Positions 45,401 through 57,100 of a DNA stretch of 64,000 nucleotides are shown here, piece after piece. Below the pieces are notes generated by a model that did not search any database, was not told where the DNA came from, and worked only from the letters and a program-made list of their open reading frames with translations. The stretch's first letter is position 1; each line of letters opens with the position of its first letter. The DNA lies in assembly GCA_905178155.1 (NCBI GenBank), contig CAJINV010000004.1, positions 558,609 to 622,608 of the forward strand, given 5' to 3'. A program made the translations under genes and the position numbers. This DNA comes from Amoebophrya sp. A120. Its lineage: Eukaryota; Protista; Dinoflagellata.

Positions 45401-48400
45401 ATTTGCTTGTTGTTGTTTGCACTGTTTGCATGACAGACTCCGGAATCCAAAACAGCAATGCAATCCTCTAGGAACAATTTGCCATGCGAAAGCTGCATCT
45501 TTGCCAGCGCTTGCGTTGCTTTTTATGCAACACAAATGAGCGGGAGGTGGAGTTGTGCACTCTTATAACCTACTTCCTGCAACCGGTAGTGCACCTAGTA
45601 CGATAAAGCCGCTTTCTACGAGCAGCTTGTACACTCCGGCTAGTACCTCCAAAGCGGCCAGTTCCAAGGCTGGACACGTCATCCATGCAGAGGACCTGTC
45701 CGCAGCTACACCAGCCGACGGCGAATCAGCCTCCGCGGCGACGTTTTTACAACCGGACGAGGATGCAATGGCTGGGCCTTCGTCTGCAGATCACAGGGAG
45801 AATGATGATGCTGGTGGTCCTTTTCCGGACAAGACGGTCACGCTCGGCGGAAATCAAAAGAAGGCCTCCTCTTCCTCGGAGGCAGCCTTATCCGCTACTC
45901 CTTCGCAAGTAGGACCTACTCCTCCCATGTCCAGCTCGTCGCCGAATCCAGTTTTCACGGAAACTGGGCGGAGAGTAGTGTTGGAAGCCCACGAGGACGA
46001 CCAGGGAAAAAGAAATACACCGAAAGCGGATGACGTTGTTGTAGTCGACGAAACAGAAGCGAGGAAAATCAAAGACGCACTGGTGGCCGCTGGAACTACG
46101 ACCAGTGGTCCGGACCACGAGGCAGCGGCTGCAACACCACTGGAGCCGCGGGGAGCAGCCCCCGGGCAGCCATCAAGCGACCAAGCGTTATTTCCATCCC
46201 GAAGGAATGTGGAAACTGCTAGGGTCAGCAGCATCAATATGGAAACCGAGCAAAAGCAACCTACGAGGCCACAAGATGGTGTCCCGGTGACAGCAGCACA
46301 CAGTGGAACAGATGAACCTGCTGAGCGCGTATTTGAAAAAGCACACGAAGAGAACATCGCGTTTTCCGCGGCGGTGCAAGAAGGGGACGAGCAGAAAAAA
46401 AGGCAGACTGAGCAGGAGGAAGCAAGCTCTACTGCCGCAAACGCAGTAGTTGTTTCTGCGGGACGAAAGAGATTCAGGCACGCCCAGCAGATCGTCGTTA
46501 CGACCAAGAAAAGCCAGACGGTGCCAAATTCGAAAGAACTAGCGACGATGAACAGTGAAATTCGGAGGCTGGAACAAAGGCATCAAGATCACATTCAGCG
46601 GGCTCGGGAAAAAGGAACAAAGCCAGACTATTGAGAGGAAAAATCCCCCCTCCCCATATTGAAAAGGCATGTTTCCGAAAATTTGCGTTGCTGATTTGAG
46701 ATCACAAATCGCATTTGTTTTGCAAGAAGACAAGGGCAGAGCCAGAAGCTTCCGCCCCATTATGGAAGCGATTTGCCATGCTGTTGGGCCTAAAGGGGAG
46801 CCATTTGCCATGCTGAACAACTAGACGCGTACGCCCCTCCCTAGCTTGGGGATCTGACCGCAGTGCTTTCCTGCAATACAAAGTACCCAAATCCAGCATC
46901 AGAAGTTTCGCTTTGATATGGGGAGGGGGGTTTTTTCCTTCTGATACAGACGAGGCCGGAACATCAAAAGGCGACGCGACTGGAGACAAGAAGAACGACG
47001 AGAACCATCAAAAGCCCGAGAAAATCGTGCTGCTGAACGAAAAGATACAGCTGCTGGAAAAGACGGCCGAGCAGGATATGCTGTGCAAAAGTATCGTACT
47101 CGTATAAATGCATTACAAATTTTGAGCATGAAAAATGAAATTTCTATATGCGGATTTACCTTAGCAAAGGGATTTGTAATGCATGATTGCAATACGAGTT
47201 CGAGTACGATACTTTTGCACAGGATACAGGAGCAAAAGGAGCAGAAGAGGGCGGAGGAGGACCATAAAATGAACTCACTAATGGTGAAAGGCAGTAACGA
47301 GGTCGAGCAGGTAGAGGAAGAAGCTTCGTCTTCGGCTGCGGCGGGAGGTAGTGGGGGAGGTCTTGAGACTTCTACTCCCAACGAAGAGCCCACCTCTCCG
47401 ACCTCCGCGAGTGCATCAAGGCCAAGAATTCCAGCAGAAAAGGCACAGGCGGAAAAAGAGCTGCACTTGATGAACGTTAAGGCGTCAGCAGCGGGCCGGC
47501 AGTATCTCCAAGAATATCTACTGCAAACATCTCTGGGTCAGGAAAGACGGAGGCTGTGATGAATATGCTAGTCCTACACTCGGACTCCTGTATGTAGAAA
47601 AAGTTGTGGAAAAATTTATGGCATGGTCAACAAAAAGATACCCTTTTTTGTTTATACAAATGAAGCGCAGGCCCAGGCTCTTATGCGGACTGCGCATGAG
47701 AAAGTGTTCTGCAAACTTGTCATGCTTTGCCGCATTCGGAAGTATTATATTTCACTCATCTGCACTTGAGCATCACATGTTTCCAAACCCACACATATTT
47801 GCAGTTGATAAAGAAGCGGTAGAAACGAAAACTGGCGGGGAGGCAAGAAAAAATACAGCGACGCAAGACCAAGCGAAAGCAAGGACTGAAGAAAGCTCAC
47901 ACTCTTTATCCAAGAAAAAAACTGTGTTTGTGTAGTGGTGCAGGCGTCTTTTTAGGAGACAGCTTGACAAATTTGCGCTGCATTACACTCGAAGCATGCC
48001 ATTCGCAGTTTTTGGGGCGTGAAATTACATTCGAAAAGACAAAGAGGACTCCAGCATGACAAATGTAACCGTGTCGGTAAGTCGGTAACTTTGCATTGCA
48101 GACTTACAACTACACATTATTGTCTTGCATATTCTGCGTCGACGTCCAGTGGGCAGCTGCAGCAGCCGCCGGCTTACAAGAACCCGCGGGCAGTCAATGA
48201 GCAGGTCCAGCAAGCACGAGCGGCACGAAAACTGCAGAAGGAGAACAAGGTGCTGCAAACTATGGCCAAGCACCTACAGTTATCCTTTGCAATAAAATAG
48301 GTCTGGGTCTCCGAGCCATCCGCAGCCATGATATATCATGCAGTTGTTGAACCTGCAACAAGAAGTTCGTTGCTCTGGAAAGGAATGCACGCGGAGGAAG

Positions 48401-48664
48401 ATGACAAGAACCGCGGACGAGCAGGCTTCTTGATGCCGAACCTGCATGAGAAATAGTGCCCTTCTCGTCGAGACAGAAAACACGCAGACGCACACTGTTT
48501 AGTTGCTGACAAATATGCAAGACAGATCTACTTTGTCCTGTCCATTCGACGCTCGGCATCAGAAGGCACAGCATGATAGTTCCAGAGCCAGACATATTTG
48601 CAATGCACAACAGGCGCAACTGCAGATGGCCGCGGGCGGGGGGCCGAGAGCGGGACTGCGCTGA
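37301..48664 (+). CDS. Gene 4: putative secreted Q/P/A/G-rich protein (~2000 aa) sharing a WP-containing module and a PxW helix motif with gene 1
   Basis: Exons: 37301-37682 (1-nt frameshift in the T5 run 37341-37345),37839-37957,38945-39150,39265-39972,40155-40558,40745-40826,40981-41267,41571-41915,42172-42213,42327-42425,42607-42682,42837-43031,43355-43442,43613-43680,43837-43980,44279-45339,45573-46628,46952-47076,47232-47514,47816-47906,48137-48280,48615-48664. Open from 37347 to TGA. Confidence 0.78.
37683..37833. mobile_element. Introner, family H
   Basis: TSD ccgtc/ccgtc. Confidence 0.92.
37958..38880. mobile_element. Truncated family H introner plus foreign insert, bounded by a 64-bp exon duplication
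   Basis: Left TIR only; 37894-37957 is identical to 38881-38944. Confidence 0.8.
39151..39259. mobile_element. Introner, family C (reverse orientation)
   Basis: TSD gcaga/gtaga. Confidence 0.9.
39973..40149. mobile_element. Introner, B-like
   Basis: TSD cactc/aaccc. Confidence 0.8.
40559..40739. mobile_element. Introner, family H
   Basis: TSD ccggc/ccggc. Confidence 0.92.
40827..40975. mobile_element. Introner, family B
   Basis: TSD cgggc/cgggc. Confidence 0.92.
41268..41565. mobile_element. Introner, family A (stop-free in the host frame)
   Basis: TSD cgtcc/cgtcc. Confidence 0.9.
41916..42166. mobile_element. Introner, family A
   Basis: TSD cgggc/cgggc. Confidence 0.92.
42214..42321. 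mobile_element. Introner, family C
   Basis: TSD gcggt/gcggt. Confidence 0.92.
42426..42601. mobile_element. Introner, singleton (TAA..ATA)
   Basis: TSD ccttc/ccttc. Confidence 0.85.
42683..42831. mobile_element. Introner, family B
   Basis: TSD agcag/agccg; ends ATG. Confidence 0.88.
43032..43349. mobile_element. Introner, family I/D (reverse complement of 11822-12142)
   Basis: TSD tacca/tacca. Confidence 0.92.
43443..43607. mobile_element. Introner, family B (reverse orientation)
   Basis: TSD aaagc/aaagc. Confidence 0.92.
43681..43831. mobile_element. Introner, family B (reverse orientation)
   Basis: TSD cgcca/cgcca. Confidence 0.92.
43981..44273. mobile_element. Introner, family K
   Basis: TSD agatg/agacg. 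Confidence 0.88.
45340..45567. mobile_element. Introner, family F (reverse orientation)
   Basis: TSD acctg/accta. Confidence 0.88.
46629..46946. mobile_element. Introner, family D
   Basis: TSD cagac/cagac. Confidence 0.92.
47077..47226. mobile_element. Introner, family B
   Basis: TSD cagga/cagga; an exact GA-AG excision is possible. Confidence 0.92.
47515..47810. mobile_element. Introner, degenerate A
   Basis: TSD aagaa/aagaa. Confidence 0.88.
47907..48131. mobile_element. Introner, family G
   Basis: TSD ctctt/ttctg. Confidence 0.8.
48281..48609. mobile_element. Introner, degenerate A (ends ACA)
   Basis: TSD acagt/acagg. Confidence 0.8.
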
Positions 48665-51122
48665 GACTGCGACGGTTGGAAGTGACGTAGGAGAACGAGT
48701 GTGGAGGAGAATTATCCCATTACGAAAAGCCATGACGAACACACGCGAAGACTAAATCTCTTGCAGCACATCAAAATTTGACTTCCATATAAGATGCTCA
48801 TTCATGCATTTATTTTCCCTTGTCGTTTATAAGGATGTGCTGGCATCATGCTGCAAGCCCACGGCCGCTGCTTGCAGTTTGGCAATGAAGGCAAAAAAAT
48901 TTAAAAAGTTAGAGATACATCATGATGAAACTCAGGGGAGACAAGACCTAGAAAATGCTTCGCTCTTTCCGTCGTGGTTTATCATGCGGATATCAGAACA
49001 AAAGATCCAGATAAAAATTCACGGGAGCCTCCTGCTGTTTTTAACCTTATTCAACAGATGAAATTGAAACTAGATTTAGGTTTGATTTTTAGCACCAAAT
49101 TTCTTGTTTAGAGCTACTTAGCAAAAAAAAACCGATAACAGAAGATACAATCGAATGACCAAGTAGACCGATTTTTTTCACTCCTAGCAAAAATCAAAGC
49201 GCTCAAGTATTTACTCTTTTATGACATGAGCATCAGACCAAATCCAAAAGTTGCACTTTGAAGAAAGAATCCAAGAACAAGAAGATCATCATGCTTCGTT
49301 TCCGTTTCGCATTGATATAGTACAGCTACCGCGAACAGATATAGATTTTTTTCCTAGAAGACCTGGTATAAATTGCGTAATATCATTCAACACAGTCACA
49401 GCTTGCTTCTTTATCGGTGAAAACCACCGCTGAGGGATCAAAAACAAAGGCACAGTTTTTACCTTTGATCAAATTCTAACTTTATACGAAAAATATAACA
49501 ATTCGTATTCTTTTTCTATATCGTTACTGCAGGAAAGTAATTCGGATTCATCATCTTCCTAGAAGATCAAAATCATTGTGATGTCATGCGTGTTTCTTGT
49601 ATCTGTAGGTATGTTTTTTCTCAACAAAAATGATCCATGTCATCTTCAAGTTACCGCTTCAATAGCGGGCAAACATAACACTCAACTTGTATAATTCACA
49701 TGTTTCTCCGCTTATTCATCGAAGACGAAGACCAAACCTGGGTCCATGCTTTGATAATTAAACACAGGTGCCACAATGCGAAGTCACGACAAAAGCGCGA
49801 AGTCCGAACTCACTACAACAGTGAGATAAGACAAGAAAAACAAAATGAAACGCATGGTGATCATCTATAGATAGTCTGCTGTGCGCGCACTAGCGACGAA
49901 GATGATGACAGATCATTTACTACATTTCATCCGCAGTGAATATTATCGTGCGAAAAAAGTGTATCACTTTCACTGTAGCGAGTTAATTGCGAGGTTTGCA
50001 ACTACACATTTTTGATGATCTGCATGTCAGCCTAACAAGAAAATTTGTCATGCAGCCTCCCTGAGGGAATAAAAAAACGGAGACACAGCCTTAGCTCCAG
50101 CATTCTTTTGCATATGTCGAAAGACGAGCACTTCTGTGTTGCACCTTCTGCATTCGTTGACCGTGAAACACTTTTTTCGCCGGATATTTCTCCTGTGTGA
50201 GAATTTTCCTCGTGTCGGAGCTGTGATGACACGACGCGACAGGAACTGTGGCTGCAGCATGACGCGGGCGCAAAATTATGGCATCTTCGTCTTGCAATTA
50301 CTACATTCGGTTTGCAAACAGAACTCCAAATCTGCTTCAAAAATCCCGTTTACTGTAACTGTCTCCGGAGCTCTGCTAGGATTGAAGTGCTTCTTGTCGC
50401 ATGATCTGCATTGCTGAACTACCGGCGTACATCATAAGTACCGGCACTATTCATTTTGCATGGGGAAACGAAAGTGTCAATGTCATACATAGCCGCAGCC
50501 AGGTAAGAAAGCAAATCTATGCCATTCGTACGACACGAGCGATAATTATGCACTGGATATTGGTTTTTGGGCGAAGCAAGTGTCTACTTACTACTACCTC
50601 CCTGGTGGCACTGATGGTCGTCGTTGGCCTTACGTTGCTGAAGAGCTAGATTAGGACTTTAAAGTACCCATGCGGCGAGATCGACATGATGCAAATGCCA
50701 AAAAATAAAATCAAGCAAGAACTCGCACACAAATAAGCAAGTCGCTCCCTCAAGGACCCGAAACGACGGCAAGAGGAGGCATTTCGTCCGTAGCAATTAT
50801 CGAGCACTTCGCTGCTCGTTCATGAGTATGTGTACAAGAAGTAATAACGAGAAAGTCAGCGGACCACTACCAGACGCACCAAGTCAGTGGCCCTCGTCCT
50901 CAACATTTGTAGTTTTACTCGCAGTAAAACAAGTGAAGAACGAACACAACAATATGATCGTGACACGAAGACAGCATCACGCCGGTTTTACTTACCTTTT
51001 CCTCCTTCGTGGTCCTCCGGGCTTTCATCTTTTATGAAAATTGAAAATGCGCTGTACTAGCTTGTTGAAAATCTCATTTTATAAATCTGAGCAAGCTGCT
51101 GCTGGTGCTCGTGGGAAAACGA

Positions 51123-54100
51123 ATGTCGCATGACAGCACGATATCGAGTGCAAATATGTCTGGGTCTGGAAGATAGAGAGCAGCAAGGGAAGATGCCCCC
51201 GTCATGAGGAAGATTTTGGTGAAACATAAAGTTGGAGGACTGGAATGCTGCATGCAGAAACCTCAGAGATTTCGCAACAGCTTCTTAACGTCTATTCCGC
51301 ATTAGAAATTCGCCATTTGCTCCTGCAGTGTGGCACGACACATATTTGCAACGCATACGAACACGAAAAGGCTTCGTGTGGTCTTCCTGCTGGCGGACGA
51401 GGACGACGAGGAACTATGATCGGGAAAAGTATCGTACTCGTAGTAAAAATAATCGCAGACATGGACGAAAGATGCATGTCTTTTATCTTTTTTAGCATGA
51501 CAGACTCCATTTCTGTTCTGAAAAGAATTTGTAATGCGATTTCTACTACGTAGTACGAAGATACTTTTGCAATGCATAGGAACGACCCGAGCAGCGTGCC
51601 GGATCGCGATCTCATCCCCTAGGCCGGGAGCCAGCAGATGCAGCTACAGACGCACCGGTGAACAAGAGGACGGCCGAGCCCTCCACCATCGTCCAGGACG
51701 TAGATGCGGCAGCACAACAGGAGGATCACCATGATTGGCACCCCCAGCCATGCTGGTATGTGCAGGTCGTCTCTGGAGCAGATGAAGAGACGAGCGGCCG
51801 TGAGGAGACCTCGCCGCGGGGCGGCGCGGGGAGAGAGGGAGAAGAAGGGCAGCACAGTTATCATGACCCTCGAGCCATGGTGGCTTCCGCTTCCTCTGGC
51901 ACCGGCGCGATCGACGGTTCCGGCAGTGCAAATCCGGACGCGGGCCACGACAGCACGACAAGTCTTGAAGACCGGATTTACAGCGTTTCTGACCTGTTCT
52001 TGCAGTTTTGGAAGCGGTATTCCGAAACGATAAACGAAACCGGGCTGCTGGTGTGCGCGGAGCAACCAAGTGTAGAAGTAGCTGCAGGAGAAAGACCTGA
52101 CTATGATCCGCTTTATTCGGTGGAACACAGCAGAAAGACCGCTGTTGTGCAGACAGAACGCATGTCTTCGGCTACCTGGCTATCCCAGGAAGAAAAATGT
52201 ACTGCACTTTGATGTATCTGTACTATTAATTTGAATTGCGCGTGTGTGCGGCTGCTCGGAGCATCTGTGTGATATGCAGACACAGAGTCGTGTACTTTTA
52301 CAAGAGAACGATTGAAACTGCTAGTGCTGCGCGACTCACTTGCCATTGATGAGACATCGATTGATACACTACATTTTGTTATCGCGTACTGCCAAGGCAG
52401 GACCACAAGGTTTTTTTGGTCAACACGTTGTAGGACGAATTTGTCAACTTCTGTCAGCTGCCCAAGATCCTCGATGGCTGAACCATTTTTTTTCGACCAG
52501 GATGCTGACACGCTTTGCTGAGTCTGCTTGAGGCACTGGGGGGTGGTTGTGGAACACGTCGCGTTGTATCGCCTGCATGTTCGTCGCCTGTAAGCGCGCA
52601 AGAACGGCGACTTCTACGCCAGCACGCTGCTTGGAAGACGCTGCAGAGCGAGGTGGGTCTGCGTGCGATGGCTGAGGATTTGGGCTTCTACGATGGTGTC
52701 GAAGGCGTGCAAGCGTTTCTCAAAACGGTCCTGGCTGTGGGCGGAGCTGATGCTGAATTTATTCCTGTAGAGCGAGAAGTAACTACAAGCGCCGAAGGTG
52801 AAGGGGAGCTGCAAGCACTAGAGCAAGAACCTGCAGCAGGACTACGAGAAGATGAAGTAGATGAGTCTACTATTGGAGCCCGCCATTGCTTTCGTATATT
52901 ACCGTCGCCGAACGGAGTCGAGGACTTCGGTACCCATAAAATAGACGCGTTGGCGGGAGGACGGCGCAACCTATGTGGACTTGGAGTAGATCTTGCGGTC
53001 GTTGCGGATGAAGATGAAGCCAAAGGAGAGCGGTCAAGATCCGCACAGAACTGTACGAAGAACAACTCCTTGACGTCGTCTCCCCCGCTAGAATTCTTTT
53101 TGTCGGCGATGGTCGACGAGGATGAGGATCCCATCGACCACTCCCTGGCGTTGTCGAAGACCAACGTGACCACGACGAGCTTTCACCTGTCTCCGGCTAT
53201 TGAAGAAGCAAAGCGGTTGAAGCCGTGCCTCGAGGATCTACGGCCAGAAGTGCACGACAACCATATCAAAATGAAAAATCTACCCTCGTCCCCGCGCACA
53301 CTCAAAGTGGTGGAATTTTTGTAGCGCGATTTGTGATCACAAATCGAAGTGGCAGGCTGGAAGGAAAGGGATGCGGACTGTAGTGCCCCTGTCTCGCACT
53401 GCATTTTCCCGAGCATCATGATTCATGATGCTCGGGAAAATGCAGTGCGTAGTTCTTGTCATAGTATGACAAGAACTACGCACTGCATTTTCCCGAACTG
53501 GCGCACGACGAATTAGCTGAACGCTAGGCCGCGCATCATGATCTGCAGTCTCTTTGATGCGGCCCCGTAATTTGAAACTACAGGCACATTTTTGTACACC
53601 TACACAAATCGCGGATCCATCCGCATCAGATGAAGTCTGCTTTTGAATATGAGAAGGTGGGGGTTTGTTATTTCTTTGCAATAACAACAAGTCACACTCA
53701 CAGTGAAGATCGTGATCGAGCGCATCAGCAGGTGCAACCGCAACGACGTCCATCTTTGGTGTGCGATGCTTCTTTTATCAGGTCGGGCGAAGGCACTACA
53801 TGTCTTTATCAGGAGCAACCTGTTTCGGCGGAGGTCGTCTTGGACGACGATGATAAACCCTGTCGTGCTCCAGGCGCTGCAACAAGAACTTCCACAACCA
53901 CGGGAGAAGCCCCCTTAGGTCGTCTTACCAGCCCCAGGAAGAGCCCGGAGGCGGGGGACCAGGACCAGGACCCAGCAGACCATGTTGTGGCTGCAGCCCC
54001 GTCCCTGTTCAGCGTTCCCAGTAACGACCTGAGCACTGTGCGACACGAAGACTCGGCGAATTCGTTTGCGACGGAAGAAGTGCTCGAGCGCCTGGAGCAC

Positions 54101-57100
54101 GCAACGCAGCGTGGTACGCTGCAGGAGGAGGTACTAGAAGCACGAGAGGCCGGAACCGCTGGACCCCTGCGGGCGACGGCGCGACCAACAGACGCAACGC
54201 TCTCGCTGATGAGCAAGAAGGCAGAGCACGGCGGCATGAATTCTACTTCCACGCAACTACATAATTTTTCACCTGAGCAAGATCTTCTAGCGCAGACCGA
54301 CATCGGGGAAGATCCGGCCGAGGATTTTTCTGGCCACTCGCACTATCCTGTGCAAAAGTATCGTACTCGAACTAAGTAATGGCTTTTATGCATTACAAAT
54401 CTATTTCTTAAGGCAAATCCGCATTACAGATTCAATTTGTAATTCTAAGCCAATTTGTAATGCATTGCAGCAATTTATGGATAAAATAGAACTATAGAAT
54501 TTTTACTCGGATTTTTCGCCCTTATAGATTATAGGGGCGCCCTTAGAAAATGAATTCTAGAAAAAAGGGCATCTAGAAACTTCCCTTAAGGGAGCCCTTA
54601 AGGGAAATTTCTAGGAGGACACGCGTAAGAAAAAAAATGGCATCGCGGGGAACAAACATCCTGCAGGTGTGTCCTCCACGCGTGCGGCCCGGCCGGTTTT
54701 TAGCAGGTTTATTCTGGCTGCCCCCAAACACCGGCCCCGTTTGGGGGGGTAGGGGGGGCGATGAAGCTCGGCATGCAAAATGAAAAGGGCGGCCCTTCCC
54801 GCATCTGGGGAGATATCTGGGGAGATATCTGGGGAGATATCTGGGGAGATATCTGGGGAGATATCTGGGGAGATATCTGGGGAGATATCTGGGGGGATAT
54901 CTGGGGAGATATCTGGGGGGATATCTGGGGAGATATCTGGGGGGATATCTGGGGAGATGTCTGGGGAGATGTCTGGGGAGATGTCTGGGGAGATGTCTGG
55001 GGAGATGTCTGGGGAGATGTCTGGGGAGATATCTGGGGCCGGGGATATATCTGCGGAGAGGCCTTTTCTAGAGATCAGGGCAGGAAGCCCAAAAGCGGGG
55101 GATCGGGCCAAGGCCAAGGCCGGCGGCCGGGTCGGGCGGGGGCGAGCTAGTAAGTTCGGAAGAAGCCCCGGAAGCGAAGGCGCGCGCGTCCACTAATCTG
55201 GGCCGCTACTAGTGAAGGGCTTCAGTAGCAAGTGCGGGCCCGTTTTGTCATGCTAAAACCGCGGCCCGAAGGGCTTCGAATAGTGGCCGCGTTTTCGCTA
55301 GCAGATTCCCAAGAGCAGGACTCTTTCGACTAGTCTTCAGCCCAACGCTCTCCAAGTTTTTTCCTCTTTGTTGTTAGTTTGCTTGGTAGTTGCGTTTAGA
55401 TTTACTAGGCCACCTATCGCCGGCGTCCTGGACGCCGGCGTAGTGGTCTAGTACTAGTACGATATTTTTGCAGTTCATACGCACGCATCGACATCGAAAG
55501 ATTCTTACTCATCAAACTCCAAAACCTCCTCCTCCTCCTCGAAAGAGTCGGCATCTGTGGAGACATTTCAGCCCCGGTGGCAGATGAAAACGATAACGAA
55601 CCCCGAGCCGGCGGGGGCAAGAACGGCAAATCTAACATTCAGCTCGAAAGAGCCTTGCACAGCACCCTCGATGTCAACATTACCACCAGCATCCGCGACA
55701 GGAACGTGGCTGAAGACAGAACGAGCCGAGCTGATAGAAGCGCCGTTTGTTCACGATCCACTCCAGCACGGTTGCCCGATGAAAGTAGCACAGCCAGCGC
55801 TGTCCGTCGACGTGACCAGCACGGGTAAGAAGCCACCGCAGTACCTAGCTGGACGTCCGACGTCGAGCCCTGATGTGCAGAAAGTCGCGGCGCCGCCAGC
55901 TGTAGTTGACCCGCACAGCAGCGGCATCGTGGACGAGGATGAGGTAGACCACCAAGATGCGGATCTACGATTTCATACCCATGCCAACAAGAAAGATTTT
56001 TCGCACTCGGCGGGGGAAGAAAAAAATCATGTTCCGGAGTATCGCCCGCCCCCGCGACTGGCATGGTCCACGTTGCGCCGCGCAGAGACGGAAGAGGTCC
56101 AGCAACGGGGGCAGGGTAATGAAAAAAATCTCGATCATGCAGTAGGACAAGGACCAGGGGGAGTAGTTGTAAGACCACATGGACATGCACATATGCCGGC
56201 AGATGTCGAGCAGGGAAAAATGATCCATAGAGAAGCACCCCCCACCTCCACCCCTGGTGCAACTCTGGAAGACGGCGCGGGTATTGGAAATCAAGACGAG
56301 ACTCGCTGTACTGCACGCAGACCGGACAGCACAAGTGCAAGTGCTGGGGAAACCGAAACAACCAAGCTCCACGATGTTGGCTCCGCGAGGTTTGGGAGGG
56401 GAGCGGCAGCTTCAAAAGTAGTGGAACAAAGTGAAGTTGAAGAAAAAGAAGATGAACTTCCACCCCCGCAGCTCGAAGACTTGGAGCCGTGTATTAAACG
56501 TCTGCGCTCTGCGCGCAGACTGGTTCCCACGGCGGAGGCGGCCGTGCAGAACATCGGCGCTGGATTGGCCGACGAAAAAAACGGGAATTTCAGCGAGAAA
56601 AGGAACACTTGCGCGGGCGCTTCTATGATGTGCTACCCAAATTCCTTTCACAGCCAGCGCATGAAATCATCGTCACCTTCGCGACGCACCGAAGAGGTCA
56701 CCACCAGAAGGGGCCACACTCCAGCCATTCCATTATCTTCCAGCAAAGATGAAAAGATGGATGAAAGACTCCTTCTTAGATTCGCGTCGGAACAAACTGG
56801 GACGAGGTGGCGCTGTTCAAGGGCAATGGACATTGATATGGAACTGCTCTCAAGCGGTACATTCCCAACCGTTTTACTTATACATCATTTATGATTTATC
56901 AGAATGTTGCAGACTCACTAGCATGCTTCACACGATCTATCAAGTTCCTTCGCATGTTCGAAAGAGGTTCATCTCGACGCGCTAAATAGCAGCGGAATCC
57001 GCGCCAAATCTGTACTGCAGCCAGGACGCGCAAGGTGGTCGTCGTCTCTTATTTCACTTTTGCTTATTCGACGTGCATGACAAATTCATGTAAGAACAGC

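Larger units (their letters stand above)
54344..55479. mobile_element. Introner, family B (reverse orientation), enlarged by a nested insertion
   Basis: TSD cgcac/cgcac. Confidence 0.9.

Noticed and set aside
50030-50410. Possible intergenic introner relic containing a few motif copies
   Set aside because: No convincing TAT/ATA ends, TIR pair or TSD could be defined.
54611-55196. ORFs with GDIW, SPDI or SGEI repeats (also 13551-14095)
   Set aside because: They are translations of stop-free minisatellites inside nested insertions.
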